DNA of 24,000 bases from Metasolibacillus fluoroglycofenilyticus (GCF_003049645.1 NZ_PYWK01000001.1:1123487-1147486); one strand, 5' to 3'; numbered from the stretch's first letter, positions 1 to 9,014 are shown. The notes: generated from the sequence alone by a model not told the origin. Made by a program: numbers and translations.

Positions 1-510
1 AAAATTAAAAATTTGCCAGATGTAATTGAATCGTTTATGAAAGTGCGGATGCAAATGGAGGCAAAGCTCATCCTAGTAGGAGATGGTCCTGAAAAGCATC
101 GCGTAATGGAGCAAGTAAAAAACACGCCGTATAGTGGAGACGTGTTGTTTTTAGGGAAGCAGGAAAATATTGCGGAGCTATATGCGATTAGCGATTTGAA
201 GCTGCTATTATCTGAAAAAGAGTCATTTGGCTTAGTTTTATTAGAAGCGATGGCTTGTGGGGTCCCTGGCATTGGAACAACAATTGGGGGTATCCCAGAA
301 GTAATTGAGCATGGTCGGAATGGTTATCTTGTTGCACTACACGATACGAATGCGGTAGCAGACTATGCAATTTCGTTGCTACAGGATGAAACAAAGCTTC
401 AACAATTTCGTGATGCCGCTACCCGAACAGCACAGGAAAAATTTCAATCGACAAAAATTATTGAGCAATATGAAAGCTTATATGAGCGCCTATTAGGAAT
501 GATGCAATGA
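1..510 (+). CDS. bshA: C-terminal part of family 4 glycosyltransferase, N-acetyl-alpha-D-glucosaminyl L-malate synthase (bacillithiol), truncated by window start
   Basis: Frame open from base 1 to the stop at 510; GT4 motif 'SEKESFGLVLLEAMACGVPGIGTTIGGIPEVIEHGRNGYL'; synteny with cca-birA-panBCD as in Bacillus. Confidence 0.88.
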   Translation, partial: KIKNLPDVIESFMKVRMQMEAKLILVGDGPEKHRVMEQVKNTPYSGDVLFLGKQENIAELYAISDLKLLLSEKESFGLVLLEAMACGVPGIGTTIGGIPEVIEHGRNGYLVALHDTNAVADYAISLLQDETKLQQFRDAATRTAQEKFQSTKIIEQYESLYERLLGMMQ

Positions 511-1661
511 TGTGGAAAGCAGCAAAGCGAGTAATTGAAAAAATTGAGCAGGCGGGCTTTGAAGCGGTTTTTGTCGGAGGAGCAGTTCGAGATTTCATTA
601 TTGGGCAGCCAAATAACGATGTTGATATTGCTACAAGTGCTTTACCAGCAGAAATCAAAGCCATTTTTAATGAAACAATTGATGTTGGTATTGAGCATGG
701 GACCGTATTAGTGTTAGATGAGGGTGAACCAATTGAGGTAACGACTTATCGTACGGATGGGCTTTACACAGACCATCGCAGGCCAGATGCAGTTACATTT
801 GTCCGTAACTTAGAGGATGATTTAGCGCGGCGTGATTTTACGATGAATGCGATGGCGATGACGCGAGATGGAGTAATTATTGATTTGTATAATGGGCAAG
901 AGGATATTCAGCGTAAAGTGATTCGTGCAGTTGGGCAAGCTGAGCAGCGTTTTAAGGAAGATGCTCTACGTATGATGCGGGCGATTCGTTTTAGCGCACA
1001 GCTCGGCTTTACAATTGAATCTACTACATTGTCAGCAATTCAATCATTGGCTGAGCAAATTCAATATGTAGCGAGGGAACGTATTCATGCTGAATTAAAT
1101 AAAATATGGACAAGCCGTTCCCCTGTACAAGGAGTTGCGATGCTCCGACAAACTACATTAAATCAATTTTTGCAAGGCACATTTGTAGTAGCTGATTGGA
1201 AGAGCTTTCAAACAGAAAATCCACTCGTCGGCTGGGCCTATTTTTACGTATTAAATGAACAGGAGGCATTTTTCTCCTACTATAAATGCTCGAATAAGGA
1301 AAAAGAATTTGCCAAGCAAGTAGCAGAGGCCTATGGAAAATTGCAGGCTAGCTGGCAAGTGCTTGATTATTTTTATTATGATATCGAAGTGCTAAACACG
1401 GCTTTCGATATTGCGCTCTGGCGTGAACATGAAATAGCTTTATCCAAGCATGAAATTGCGCTGAAAAAAGCACAACTGCCAATTGCGACAGCGCAGCAGC
1501 TCGCAATTAGTGGACGTGATGTAATTGAATGGGCGCAAAAAAAGGGCGGTCCATGGCTAAAAACAGCGTTAGATGCAGCACTATACGCTGTATTAACAAG
1601 GCAAGTAGAAAATAACAAAGAGCAATTAAAGGAATGGTTTTATGACATCTATAAAGGATAA
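507..1661 (+). CDS. cca: CCA tRNA nucleotidyltransferase
   Basis: N-terminus 'GGAVRDFIIGQPNNDVDIATSA', 'RRDFTMNAMA', 'EDALRMMRAIRFSAQLGF' are class II CCA-adding enzyme motifs; 4-nt overlap with the upstream stop. Confidence 0.95.
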   Translation: MMWKAAKRVIEKIEQAGFEAVFVGGAVRDFIIGQPNNDVDIATSALPAEIKAIFNETIDVGIEHGTVLVLDEGEPIEVTTYRTDGLYTDHRRPDAVTFVRNLEDDLARRDFTMNAMAMTRDGVIIDLYNGQEDIQRKVIRAVGQAEQRFKEDALRMMRAIRFSAQLGFTIESTTLSAIQSLAEQIQYVARERIHAELNKIWTSRSPVQGVAMLRQTTLNQFLQGTFVVADWKSFQTENPLVGWAYFYVLNEQEAFFSYYKCSNKEKEFAKQVAEAYGKLQASWQVLDYFYYDIEVLNTAFDIALWREHEIALSKHEIALKKAQLPIATAQQLAISGRDVIEWAQKKGGPWLKTALDAALYAVLTRQVENNKEQLKEWFYDIYKG

Positions 1662-2622
1662 AATATTGCAGCGCTTTTTAGCAGCGGCTGGTGAACCAAT
1701 AAGCGGCCAGCAGTTAGCCGACGAGCTACTCGTGTCAAGAACGGCTATTTGGAAGCATATGCAAGCGCTCCAACAGGATGGTTATACATTTGAAGTCATT
1801 AAGAAAAAGGGCTATAAATTAATTGCTAAATCAAATAGGCTTGATGAGATGCAAATTGCTGCCCATTTGAAGACGGCTCGCTATGGTCAAAAAATTTATC
1901 ATTTTGATGAGGTAGAGTCAACGCAAATTGTAGCGCACGAATTGATTCGTAATGGCGCGGCAGATGGCACGGTAGTCATTGCAGAAAAGCAAACAGCGGG
2001 ACGTGGTCGAATGCAGCGCCCGTGGGATTCGGCTGAAGGTCAAGGTGTTTGGATGACAACAATCATCCGCCCGAATATTTTACCGCATCAAGCACCGCAG
2101 TTTACACTTGTCGCTGCTGTTGCTCTTACACATGCGATAAGAGAAGTATGCCAAAACTTTAAGCCAGCAATTAAGTGGCCGAATGACATTTTAATTGACG
2201 GCAAAAAATGTGTCGGCATTTTAACGGAAATGGTGGCGGAAGCTGACCGAATACAAGCCCTCTTAATCGGTACAGGTATTAATGTCAATCAACAGCCAGA
2301 GGATTTTTCACAGGAGGTACGTGGCGTTGCAACATCGTTAGCCATTGAAGAAGGCAGAAAAATTGATCGAGCCCTTTTTGTTGCAAAATATCTCGGCCAT
2401 TTGGAACAGTTGAGTGATATCTATGTAAAAGAAGGCTTTGCTCCAATTAAAACACTTTGGGAAGCAGCATCAAACACAATTGGCAAGCATGTGCGTGCAA
2501 CGACATTACGCGAAATTATTGAAGGTCAAGCAATCGGTATTACAGAAGCGGGTGTTCTTGAAATTCGCACAGCAAATGGCGAAATCAAAAGCGTTTACTC
2601 AGCAGATATCGAAATTCAATGA
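1642..2622 (+). CDS. birA: Biotin--[acetyl-CoA-carboxylase] ligase / biotin operon repressor
   Basis: N-terminal HTH plus 'AEKQTAGRGRMQRPWDSAEGQGVWMT' and 'KWPNDILIDGKKCVGILTE' BirA motifs. Confidence 0.95.
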   Translation: MTSIKDKILQRFLAAAGEPISGQQLADELLVSRTAIWKHMQALQQDGYTFEVIKKKGYKLIAKSNRLDEMQIAAHLKTARYGQKIYHFDEVESTQIVAHELIRNGAADGTVVIAEKQTAGRGRMQRPWDSAEGQGVWMTTIIRPNILPHQAPQFTLVAAVALTHAIREVCQNFKPAIKWPNDILIDGKKCVGILTEMVAEADRIQALLIGTGINVNQQPEDFSQEVRGVATSLAIEEGRKIDRALFVAKYLGHLEQLSDIYVKEGFAPIKTLWEAASNTIGKHVRATTLREIIEGQAIGITEAGVLEIRTANGEIKSVYSADIEIQ

Positions 2623-2626
2623 AGCG

Positions 2627-2788
2627 GCAGATGGATGAGCGGAATTGGCAAATATATTTGAGAAGCCGCAAATAAACAAAGGCAAGTCGCAAATATATTT
2701 TAGAAAACGCAAATAACTTATAAAAAAGCGCAAATAAATCAATGAAATTTGCAGATATTCCCTAAGAAAAGTGCAAATATCTTCAAAA
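2627..2788. repeat. Degenerate tandem array, ~21-nt period, core GCAAATA/GCAGATA, 8 units
   Basis: Core starts at 2627, 2648, 2668, 2689, 2709, 2730, 2751, 2773 (steps 21,20,21,20,21,21,22); begins 4 nt after the birA stop. Confidence 0.75.
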
Positions 2789-2888
2789 TAATAATTAAAA
2801 TTAATAAAACATTGTACTGTACGTTTTCATCAAAACTTGTTATAGTATGGCTAAGGACAGTATCTGTATAGAACTGTACCGATAGTGC

Positions 2889-3160
2889 AATTTAACTTGA
2901 TTCAGCAAAAGTCCCTTACTTTTAAAAATAGCGGGATGAATGCTGGAAAAGTAACTAAGCCAGAGGAGTGCTTAAACCCTAGCTGATTCAAGTTAAGCCT
3001 CCGGCGGATGTCACAGATTTTGAAGGGGAGTTTTCGAGTTAACTCGAAAAAATCTGGACACAATTACGTCGAGGCGTAATTGATTGAATAACAGTCTGCC
3101 TTGATCTAATTAGACAGGGACGGAAGAAAACGGAGCGTTCATAATTTTTACAGTACAACG
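2889..3160 (+). promoter_or_regulatory. Candidate structured leader RNA upstream of panBCD
   Basis: TTAACTTGATTCAGC (2892-2906) pairs with GCTGATTCAAGTTAA (2982-2996) with one mismatch; palindromic TTTTCGAGTTAACTCGAAAA flanked by CAGATT/AATCTG; CAATTACG/CGTAATTG hairpin; CCTTG-TCTAATTAGA-CAGGG hairpin. Confidence 0.5.
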
Positions 3161-3161
3161 C

Positions 3162-3197
3162 AACCCTTCTGTCCAATTTTGGATAGAAGGGTTTTTT
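3162..3197 (+). terminator. Intrinsic terminator within the panB 5' region
   Basis: AACCCTTCTgTCC-aatttt-GGAtAGAAGGGTT followed by TTTT. Confidence 0.85.
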
Positions 3198-3230
3198 ATG
3201 TTTTCTTCTCACACTAGAAGGAGGATTCAT

Positions 3231-4067
3231 ATGAAAACAACAAGTGAATTTTTGAAAATGAAGCAGCAAGGTGAAAAAATCGTAATGATTACAGCATACG
3301 ATTATCCGAATGCTAAATTTTCAGAGGATGCAGCAGTAGATATGATTTTAGTTGGTGATTCTTTAGGGATGGTTGTGCTTGGCTATGAGTCAACGATGCG
3401 TGTCACAGTCGATGATATGATTCATCATAGTAAAGCTGTGCGACGTGGCGCACCAAACACATTTATCGTCGTTGATATGCCATTCGGTTCTTATCATGGC
3501 GATATGAATGACACATTGAAAACGGCTGTACGCATGATGCAAGAAACAAATGCGAATGCATTGAAGCTTGAAGGAGCAGGCGATGTGATTCCTGTCATTA
3601 AAAAGCTAACAGATGCAGGCATTCCTGTCGTAGCACACCTAGGTTTATTGCCACAATCAGCAGGTGTACTTGGTGGCTACAAAGTGCAAGGAAAAACAGC
3701 AGAGCAAGCACAGCAATTAATTGCAGATGCGAAGGCTTGTGAGGCTGCAGGTGCAGCGGCAGTTGTTTTAGAATGTATCCCACATCAGCTAACAGAGGCG
3801 ATTTCACAAGCTTTAACAATCCCGACAATCGGTATTGGTGCGGGCGTAGAGGCAGATGGGCAAGTGCTTGTTTTCCATGACCTAGTGCAGTATGGCAAAC
3901 ATCATATCCCGAAATTTGTTAAAGCCTTCTCGCATGTAGGGGATGAAGTAGAGCATGGCATTACAAGCTATGTGCGTGAAGTGAAGGCGGGAACATTCCC
4001 AGCAGTGGAGCATCAATTTACAATGAAGGATGAAGAGCTTACCCAGCTTTACGGAGGCGTCAAATAA
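3231..4067 (+). CDS. panB: 3-methyl-2-oxobutanoate hydroxymethyltransferase
   Basis: RBS AAGGAGG before ATG at 3231; '[37 protein letters not shown]' and 'HLGLLPQS' motifs. The track start at 3198 overlaps the leader and is unlikely. Confidence 0.95.
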   Translation: MKTTSEFLKMKQQGEKIVMITAYDYPNAKFSEDAAVDMILVGDSLGMVVLGYESTMRVTVDDMIHHSKAVRRGAPNTFIVVDMPFGSYHGDMNDTLKTAVRMMQETNANALKLEGAGDVIPVIKKLTDAGIPVVAHLGLLPQSAGVLGGYKVQGKTAEQAQQLIADAKACEAAGAAAVVLECIPHQLTEAISQALTIPTIGIGAGVEADGQVLVFHDLVQYGKHHIPKFVKAFSHVGDEVEHGITSYVREVKAGTFPAVEHQFTMKDEELTQLYGGVK

Positions 4068-4919
4068 ATGAAAGTTGTAACAACAATTGCGGAATTAAAG
4101 CAATATGTTCATCAGGCAAAGAAAGAGCAAAAGTCAATTGGCTTAGTTCCGACGATGGGTTATTTACATGATGGACATTTAACGCTAGCTCGCACAGCAA
4201 AGGCAGACAATGATGTAGTCATTATGAGCATATTTGTTAATCCTACCCAGTTTGGACCGAATGAAGACTTTGAATCCTATCCGCGTGATTTACCGCGTGA
4301 TACAGCGTTAGCACAATCAGCAGGTGTCGATTTAGTTTTTGCTCCGAGCGTAGAGGAGATGTACCCAGCGGATGGCGGTATACAGTTACTGGCAGGACGC
4401 CAAGCGACAATTTTATGCGGTGCAAGTCGTCCGGGACATTTTGATGGTGTCATACAAGTCGTTGCAAAGCTATTTCATTTAGCTGAGCCGACGCGTGCTT
4501 ATTTCGGACAAAAAGATGCACAGCAAGTTGCTATTATTGAAACGATGGTACGTGATTTTAATTTTCCGCTAGAAATTCAAACAATTCCCATTGTTCGTGA
4601 GGAGGATGGACTTGCAAAATCGAGCCGCAATGTTTATTTGTCGGAGCAAGAACGAGCGCAAGCACCAGCGATTTTTGCGGCATTAAATTTAGCGCAGCAG
4701 CATTTTTTACAAACGAAAAATGCTGGGGAAGCAATTGGTATTGCAAAGCAGCATATTACAAAAAATACAGCAGGTCGCATTGATTATTTACAGCTTTTAA
4801 GCTATCCTGATTTAGCAATCGTCACACCACAAACGGAAAAATTTTTACTAGCAGTAGCTGTTTATATTGGTAAAACAAGATTAATTGATAATTTAATTTT
4901 TTCACTAAAAGGGGAATAA
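4068..4919 (+). CDS. panC: Pantoate--beta-alanine ligase
   Basis: 'VPTMGYLHDGHLTLAR', 'IFVNPTQFGPNEDF', 'YFGQKDAQQ' motifs. Confidence 0.95.
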   Translation: MKVVTTIAELKQYVHQAKKEQKSIGLVPTMGYLHDGHLTLARTAKADNDVVIMSIFVNPTQFGPNEDFESYPRDLPRDTALAQSAGVDLVFAPSVEEMYPADGGIQLLAGRQATILCGASRPGHFDGVIQVVAKLFHLAEPTRAYFGQKDAQQVAIIETMVRDFNFPLEIQTIPIVREEDGLAKSSRNVYLSEQERAQAPAIFAALNLAQQHFLQTKNAGEAIGIAKQHITKNTAGRIDYLQLLSYPDLAIVTPQTEKFLLAVAVYIGKTRLIDNLIFSLKGE

Positions 4920-4922
4920 ACA

Positions 4923-5306
4923 ATGTTTCGCATGATGATGAATAGTAAAATACATCGCGCACAAGTAACACAGGCAGATTTAAATTATGTTGGCTCTATT
5001 ACGATTGATGAGGATATTTTAGATGCGGTAGGAATGCTACCGAACGAAAAAGTGCATATCGTCAACAACAATAATGGTGCACGCTTTGAAACGTATATTA
5101 TCGCAGGTGAGCGAGGAAGCGGCGTTATTTGTGTGAATGGTGCAGCAGCACGACTTGTGCAAAAAGGCGATATCGTAATTATCATTTCATACGTCTATGT
5201 AGACGCCAACGAGGCTCGTGACCATAAGCCGACTGTGGCAATTATGGGAGAAAACAATACAATTAAACAAATGATTAGCTACGAGCCAGAAGCAACGGTG
5301 ATGTAG
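4923..5306 (+). CDS. panD: Aspartate 1-decarboxylase precursor
   Basis: '[22 protein letters not shown]' containing the G-S processing site; follows panBC. Confidence 0.95.
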   Translation: MFRMMMNSKIHRAQVTQADLNYVGSITIDEDILDAVGMLPNEKVHIVNNNNGARFETYIIAGERGSGVICVNGAAARLVQKGDIVIIISYVYVDANEARDHKPTVAIMGENNTIKQMISYEPEATVM

Positions 5307-5311
5307 GAAAT

Positions 5312-5347
5312 AAAAAAGTGAAATCGCATTATGGTTTCACTTTTTTT
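5312..5347 (+). terminator. Intrinsic terminator after panD
   Basis: AGTGAAA-tcgcattatgg-TTTCACT followed by a T-run. Confidence 0.8.
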
Positions 5348-5422
5348 CATCATATTTTCTTCCACAATTCATTCATTTATGTTACACTATAAGCAATTCT
5401 ACTAGAACGGGGGTGAAAAAGA

Positions 5423-5563
5423 ATGATTCAAAACGCTATGACTACAGGTGTAAAAGTGGATACTGCAATGTACTTTGCACGTGTAATTACTTTTGATTTT
5501 GCGTCTAACGGGACAAGTGTGTCCTTTTTTAAGCAAATCAAAATACGAAACGTAGCGGATTAA
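5423..5563 (+). CDS. Possible 46-aa small protein of unknown function
   Basis: ATG preceded by purine-rich GGGGGTGAAAAAGA; encodes MIQNAMTTGVKVDTAMYFARVITFDFASNGTSVSFFKQIKIRNVAD*; bracketed by terminators at 5312-5347 and 5589-5619. Confidence 0.4.
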   Translation: MIQNAMTTGVKVDTAMYFARVITFDFASNGTSVSFFKQIKIRNVAD

Positions 5564-5588
5564 CCATTCTTTTTCACTATAGTGAGGA

Positions 5589-5619
5589 AAAGACTGCATG
5601 TTAATGTGCAGTCTTTTTT
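5589..5619 (+). terminator. Intrinsic terminator
   Basis: AAAGACTGCA-tgttaatg-TGCAGTCTTTTTT. Confidence 0.85.
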
Positions 5620-5659
5620 GTTGTTTAAAATGCTTTTTCCGCACGTTCTTGGAGGCATA

Positions 5660-7447
5660 ATGATGCAAATAAAAGCAGAGAAAATCCACAAAACAATTGG
5701 TAGCAATGAAATTTTCGTAGGTTTACAGTTAGAAGTTAATGCGGGAGAACATATTGCCATTGTAGGACCAAATGGCTGTGGTAAAACAACCTTGCTACAT
5801 ATATTAGCAGGCGAAGATACAGCGGATGTAGGTCATATTATTAAAAGTAAAGACGCAACAATTGGCTATTTATATCAAATATCAAATTACCCGAACGATA
5901 CAGTGAGAGGCGTATTAGCGCAAGCCTTTGGGCCAATTTTCGAACTGAAAGAAAAGATGGAGAAGCTAGAGCAGCAAATGCATAATGAGGAAGTTACGCC
6001 AAAGCTTTTACAACAATATGGGCAAGTGCAGGAGCAATTTATCCAGCAGGGTGGCTATGAAATAGATTCACAACTAGCAGCAATTGCGAACGGATTAGGA
6101 ATTGCTACTCTTTTAACACAGCCATTTGAGGCGTTGAGTGGCGGTGAAAAGACGAAGGTGATGCTAGGTCAATTACTATTGCAAAGCCCATCTATTCTGT
6201 TATTAGATGAGCCGACCAATCATTTAGATATGGATGCCATTGAATGGCTTGAAAACTATGTGCAAAACTTTGAAGGCATTGTTATCGCTGTCTCACATGA
6301 CCGCCAATTTATGAATCAATTTGCACATAAAATTATCGAGATTGAGGATGGGCAAGCATTTACTTATCATGGCAATTACGATGCCTTTGTTAAGCAAAAG
6401 CAGGAGAAAATTGAACAACAATTTGCCCAATATGAGGAACAGCAGAAAAAAATCAAAAAAATGCAGGAAACGATTAAGCGTTTAAAGCAATGGGCAAATG
6501 AGGCTAACCCACCGAGTGATAGCTTACATCGTCGAGCGAAAAGCATGGAAAAGGCATTGGCACGTATAGAGCGTGTAAAAAAACCGACAAGCACGAAAAA
6601 AATGAACCTAGCATTAACGATGTCCGAGCGTAGTGGCAAAGAGGTGCTGTCCCTTGAAAATATTACACATAGCTATGGACGTACATTATTTTTAAATAGT
6701 CATTTAGCGGTTTATTTTCAAGATAGGCTAGCGATTGTTGGTCAAAATGGCTGTGGCAAATCAACTTTATTAAAAATGGTAACAGGTCAGGTCGTTCCAC
6801 AGCAAGGACTTTGTAAGCTCGGTAGCAATGTTAAAATAGGCTATCTGTCACAACAATTCGATTACAGTAATATAGAAATACGGGTAGTTGATGCCTTTCG
6901 AGATATAGTAGCTGTATCTGAGGCAGAGGCAAGACATAATTTAGCGCAGTTTTTATTTTACGGCTATGATGTTTTCAAAAAAATAAAGGATTTAAGCGGT
7001 GGCGAGAAAATGCGCTTACGTCTCGCGCAGCTCATGCATCAGCAAATTAATTTATTATTGCTAGATGAGCCAACGAATCACCTTGATATTGAATCACGTG
7101 AGGTGCTAGAGGATACATTAGAAGCCTTTGAAGGTACGATTATCGCTGTCTCACATGACCGCTATTTTTTGCAAAAGCTATTTACGAAAATAGCCTGGAT
7201 TGAGCAGCAACAGCTCACTGTCTATGAAGGAGACTATGAATGGGCAAAGGCAAAACGTGAAACCACTTGCCAAGTTATTGAAAAAGTCCATGTAGAGAAA
7301 GTTCAACGAAAAAAGCAATTCTCTATTTTAGAGCAAATTGAAAAATTAGAAATGAAATTAAAAGAGCCAACACTTCCTACCACTCAGCGCACAAAATTAG
7401 AGCAACAGCTAGAGGCATCGTATGAGAAGTGGTTATTAGAAGAATAG
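5660..7447 (+). CDS. ABC-F family ATP-binding protein (YdiF-like)
   Basis: Two ABC domains (GPNGCGKTTLL, LSGGEKTKVMLGQLLL; GQNGCGKSTLL, LSGGEKMRLRLAQLM) with a charged inter-domain linker and no TM segments. RBS TGGAGG precedes ATG 5660; the track start at 5582 runs through a terminator. Confidence 0.9.
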   Translation: MMQIKAEKIHKTIGSNEIFVGLQLEVNAGEHIAIVGPNGCGKTTLLHILAGEDTADVGHIIKSKDATIGYLYQISNYPNDTVRGVLAQAFGPIFELKEKMEKLEQQMHNEEVTPKLLQQYGQVQEQFIQQGGYEIDSQLAAIANGLGIATLLTQPFEALSGGEKTKVMLGQLLLQSPSILLLDEPTNHLDMDAIEWLENYVQNFEGIVIAVSHDRQFMNQFAHKIIEIEDGQAFTYHGNYDAFVKQKQEKIEQQFAQYEEQQKKIKKMQETIKRLKQWANEANPPSDSLHRRAKSMEKALARIERVKKPTSTKKMNLALTMSERSGKEVLSLENITHSYGRTLFLNSHLAVYFQDRLAIVGQNGCGKSTLLKMVTGQVVPQQGLCKLGSNVKIGYLSQQFDYSNIEIRVVDAFRDIVAVSEAEARHNLAQFLFYGYDVFKKIKDLSGGEKMRLRLAQLMHQQINLLLLDEPTNHLDIESREVLEDTLEAFEGTIIAVSHDRYFLQKLFTKIAWIEQQQLTVYEGDYEWAKAKRETTCQVIEKVHVEKVQRKKQFSILEQIEKLEMKLKEPTLPTTQRTKLEQQLEASYEKWLLEE

Positions 7448-7461
7448 GAGGTGAAAACCAG

Positions 7462-7482
7462 ATGTGGTTATTATATTTATAA
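7462..7482 (+). CDS. Candidate regulatory leader peptide MWLLYL upstream of ABC-F gene
   Basis: AGGAGGT at 7446-7452, 9-nt spacing, then ATG TGG TTA TTA TAT TTA TAA; immediately followed by alternative hairpins before the next gene. Confidence 0.45.
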   Translation: MWLLYL

Positions 7483-7484
7483 GC

Positions 7485-7550
7485 CGATACGAGTTGTAAA
7501 CAGCTCGTATCGATAGTCACTATCGGTACGAAAAAATATTTTTTCGGAGG
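7485..7550 (+). promoter_or_regulatory. Candidate attenuator region (competing hairpins) for the downstream ABC-F gene
   Basis: Hairpin 1: CGATACGAG (7485-7493)/CTCGTATCG (7504-7512). Hairpin 2: CGTATCGATAG (7506-7516)/CTATCGGTACG (7520-7530). They share a segment and are mutually exclusive. Palindrome CGAAAAAATATTTTTTCG (7529-7546) touches the RBS CGGAGG (7545-7550). Confidence 0.5.
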
Positions 7551-7559
7551 TAGTGCAAA

Positions 7560-9014
7560 ATGGAACAATTGCAATTTGAAATAAAACAATTAACACATAA
7601 TTATTTAGATAAAGAAATTTTAAAGATTCCTTATTTAGCAGTGCATCAACTACAGCGTATTGGCATCGTAGGGAATAACGGTGCTGGCAAAAGTACATTG
7701 CTTAAGCTGCTGGCAGGAAGGATTTCCCCGACAATAGGACATATAAATAGCTTTGTTGATGCACTCTATATGGACCAAATTGATTTGCAAGTGGGAAATC
7801 ATATTGATTATGCATTGCAAGGGAAGCTGAATGTTGGTGCACAGCATGCCCATTTGAGTGGAGGTGAGCAAACTCGATTGAAGCTAGCGGAGCTTTTGTC
7901 GACATATGCTCCTTGTTATTTATTAGATGAGCCGACTTCGCATTTAGACCAAGATGGCATTCAGTTTTTGATTGATGAATTGACTTACTATTATGGGACA
8001 CTTATTATTGTCAGTCATGATAGAGCATTGTTAGATGCTGTTGTCGATACAATTTGGGAAGTGAAGAACGGCGCAGTACATGTTTATACAGGCAATTACA
8101 GCGCCTATAAAGAGCAAAAGGAACTAGAGCGTCAAATGCAGCAACAAGCTCATGAGACTTATATCAAAGAGAAAGGTCGATTAGAGGCAGCCGCCGCAGA
8201 TAAAATGAAGCGCGCGGAGCAAATGGCGCAGGCAAAAAGTATGTCACGCAAAGAGGCGAAGGCAAAGCCAAATCGCATGTTTGAAACAAAGTCGAAAGCC
8301 TCTGGACAGAAGGCTTTGCACAGAGCAGCAAAGGCGATGGAGGAGCGCGTGCAGCAGTTACAGGCAGTTGAAAAACCTGAAGCTGAGCGCATATTTCATT
8401 TTGCCCATCAGGCAATTACGGAATTGCATAATAAAGTGCCAATTTTGGCAAATGATTTTACGCTAATGGCTGGTGATAAGCTGCTATTACAACGCGTCTC
8501 TTTTCAAATTCGCCAAGGTCAAAAAATCGCTATTACAGGCGCTAATGGTAGCGGTAAAAGTACATTGCTGAAGGCCATTGCAGAAGGGGCAGAAGGTATT
8601 GATATATCGCCAAAAGTGAAAATCGGTTATTTTAGGCAAATGAGCTATCAATTCGAAGCTTCTGAAACATTGCTGCAATTTGCGAAGTCGCATGCTGTCT
8701 ACGATGAAGGCTTTTTAAGAAAGGTATTAGCTGCCATGCATTTTACACAAACTGATTTGCGCAAAAGTGTTCGCGATTTAAGTGGTGGTGAAGCGATGCG
8801 CCTACAGCTTGCTTTGTTATTTGTTGGGGATTACAATGTATTATTGCTCGATGAGCCAACTAATTTTTTAGATATTACATTACTGGAAGCGTTGGAGCAA
8901 TTTATTTTAGGCTATCAAGGCACTGTGCTTATTGTGTCGCATGACGCAAGCTTTTTAAAGCAAACAACAACAGTGCGTTACCATTTAGCAAAGCAAAAAT
9001 TAATTTTGCAATAA
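7560..9014 (+). CDS. ABC-F family ATPase, resembling antibiotic-resistance (ribosome protection) ABC-F proteins
   Basis: 484 aa, two ABC domains (GNNGAGKSTLLKLLAG, LSGGEQTRLKLAELL; GANGSGKSTLLKAIA, LSGGEAMRLQLALLF), long basic linker, no TM segments. Confidence 0.8.
   Translation: MEQLQFEIKQLTHNYLDKEILKIPYLAVHQLQRIGIVGNNGAGKSTLLKLLAGRISPTIGHINSFVDALYMDQIDLQVGNHIDYALQGKLNVGAQHAHLSGGEQTRLKLAELLSTYAPCYLLDEPTSHLDQDGIQFLIDELTYYYGTLIIVSHDRALLDAVVDTIWEVKNGAVHVYTGNYSAYKEQKELERQMQQQAHETYIKEKGRLEAAAADKMKRAEQMAQAKSMSRKEAKAKPNRMFETKSKASGQKALHRAAKAMEERVQQLQAVEKPEAERIFHFAHQAITELHNKVPILANDFTLMAGDKLLLQRVSFQIRQGQKIAITGANGSGKSTLLKAIAEGAEGIDISPKVKIGYFRQMSYQFEASETLLQFAKSHAVYDEGFLRKVLAAMHFTQTDLRKSVRDLSGGEAMRLQLALLFVGDYNVLLLDEPTNFLDITLLEALEQFILGYQGTVLIVSHDASFLKQTTTVRYHLAKQKLILQ

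Noticed and set aside
188-394. Minus-strand 68-aa ORF
   Set aside because: Antisense shadow of bshA; equivalent minus-strand shadow ORFs over cca, birA, panB and panC were also dismissed.
2627-2788. Short-period repeats as a possible CRISPR array
   Set aside because: The ~21-nt period is far too short, the conserved core is only ~7 nt, and no cas genes are present. The same reasoning applies to 15000-15083.
3039-3269. Minus-strand 76-aa ORF over the panB leader
   Set aside because: Overlaps the palindromic RNA elements, the terminator and the panB start; no protein motif.
5402-5689. Minus-strand 95-aa ORF
   Set aside because: Runs across a terminator hairpin and the ABC-F gene start, composition looks random, no RBS or domain.
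8158-8415. Overlapping minus-strand ORFs (77 and 83 aa) opposite the ABC-F linker
   Set aside because: Explained by Ala/Gln/Lys-rich linker codons read in reverse; no independent evidence.
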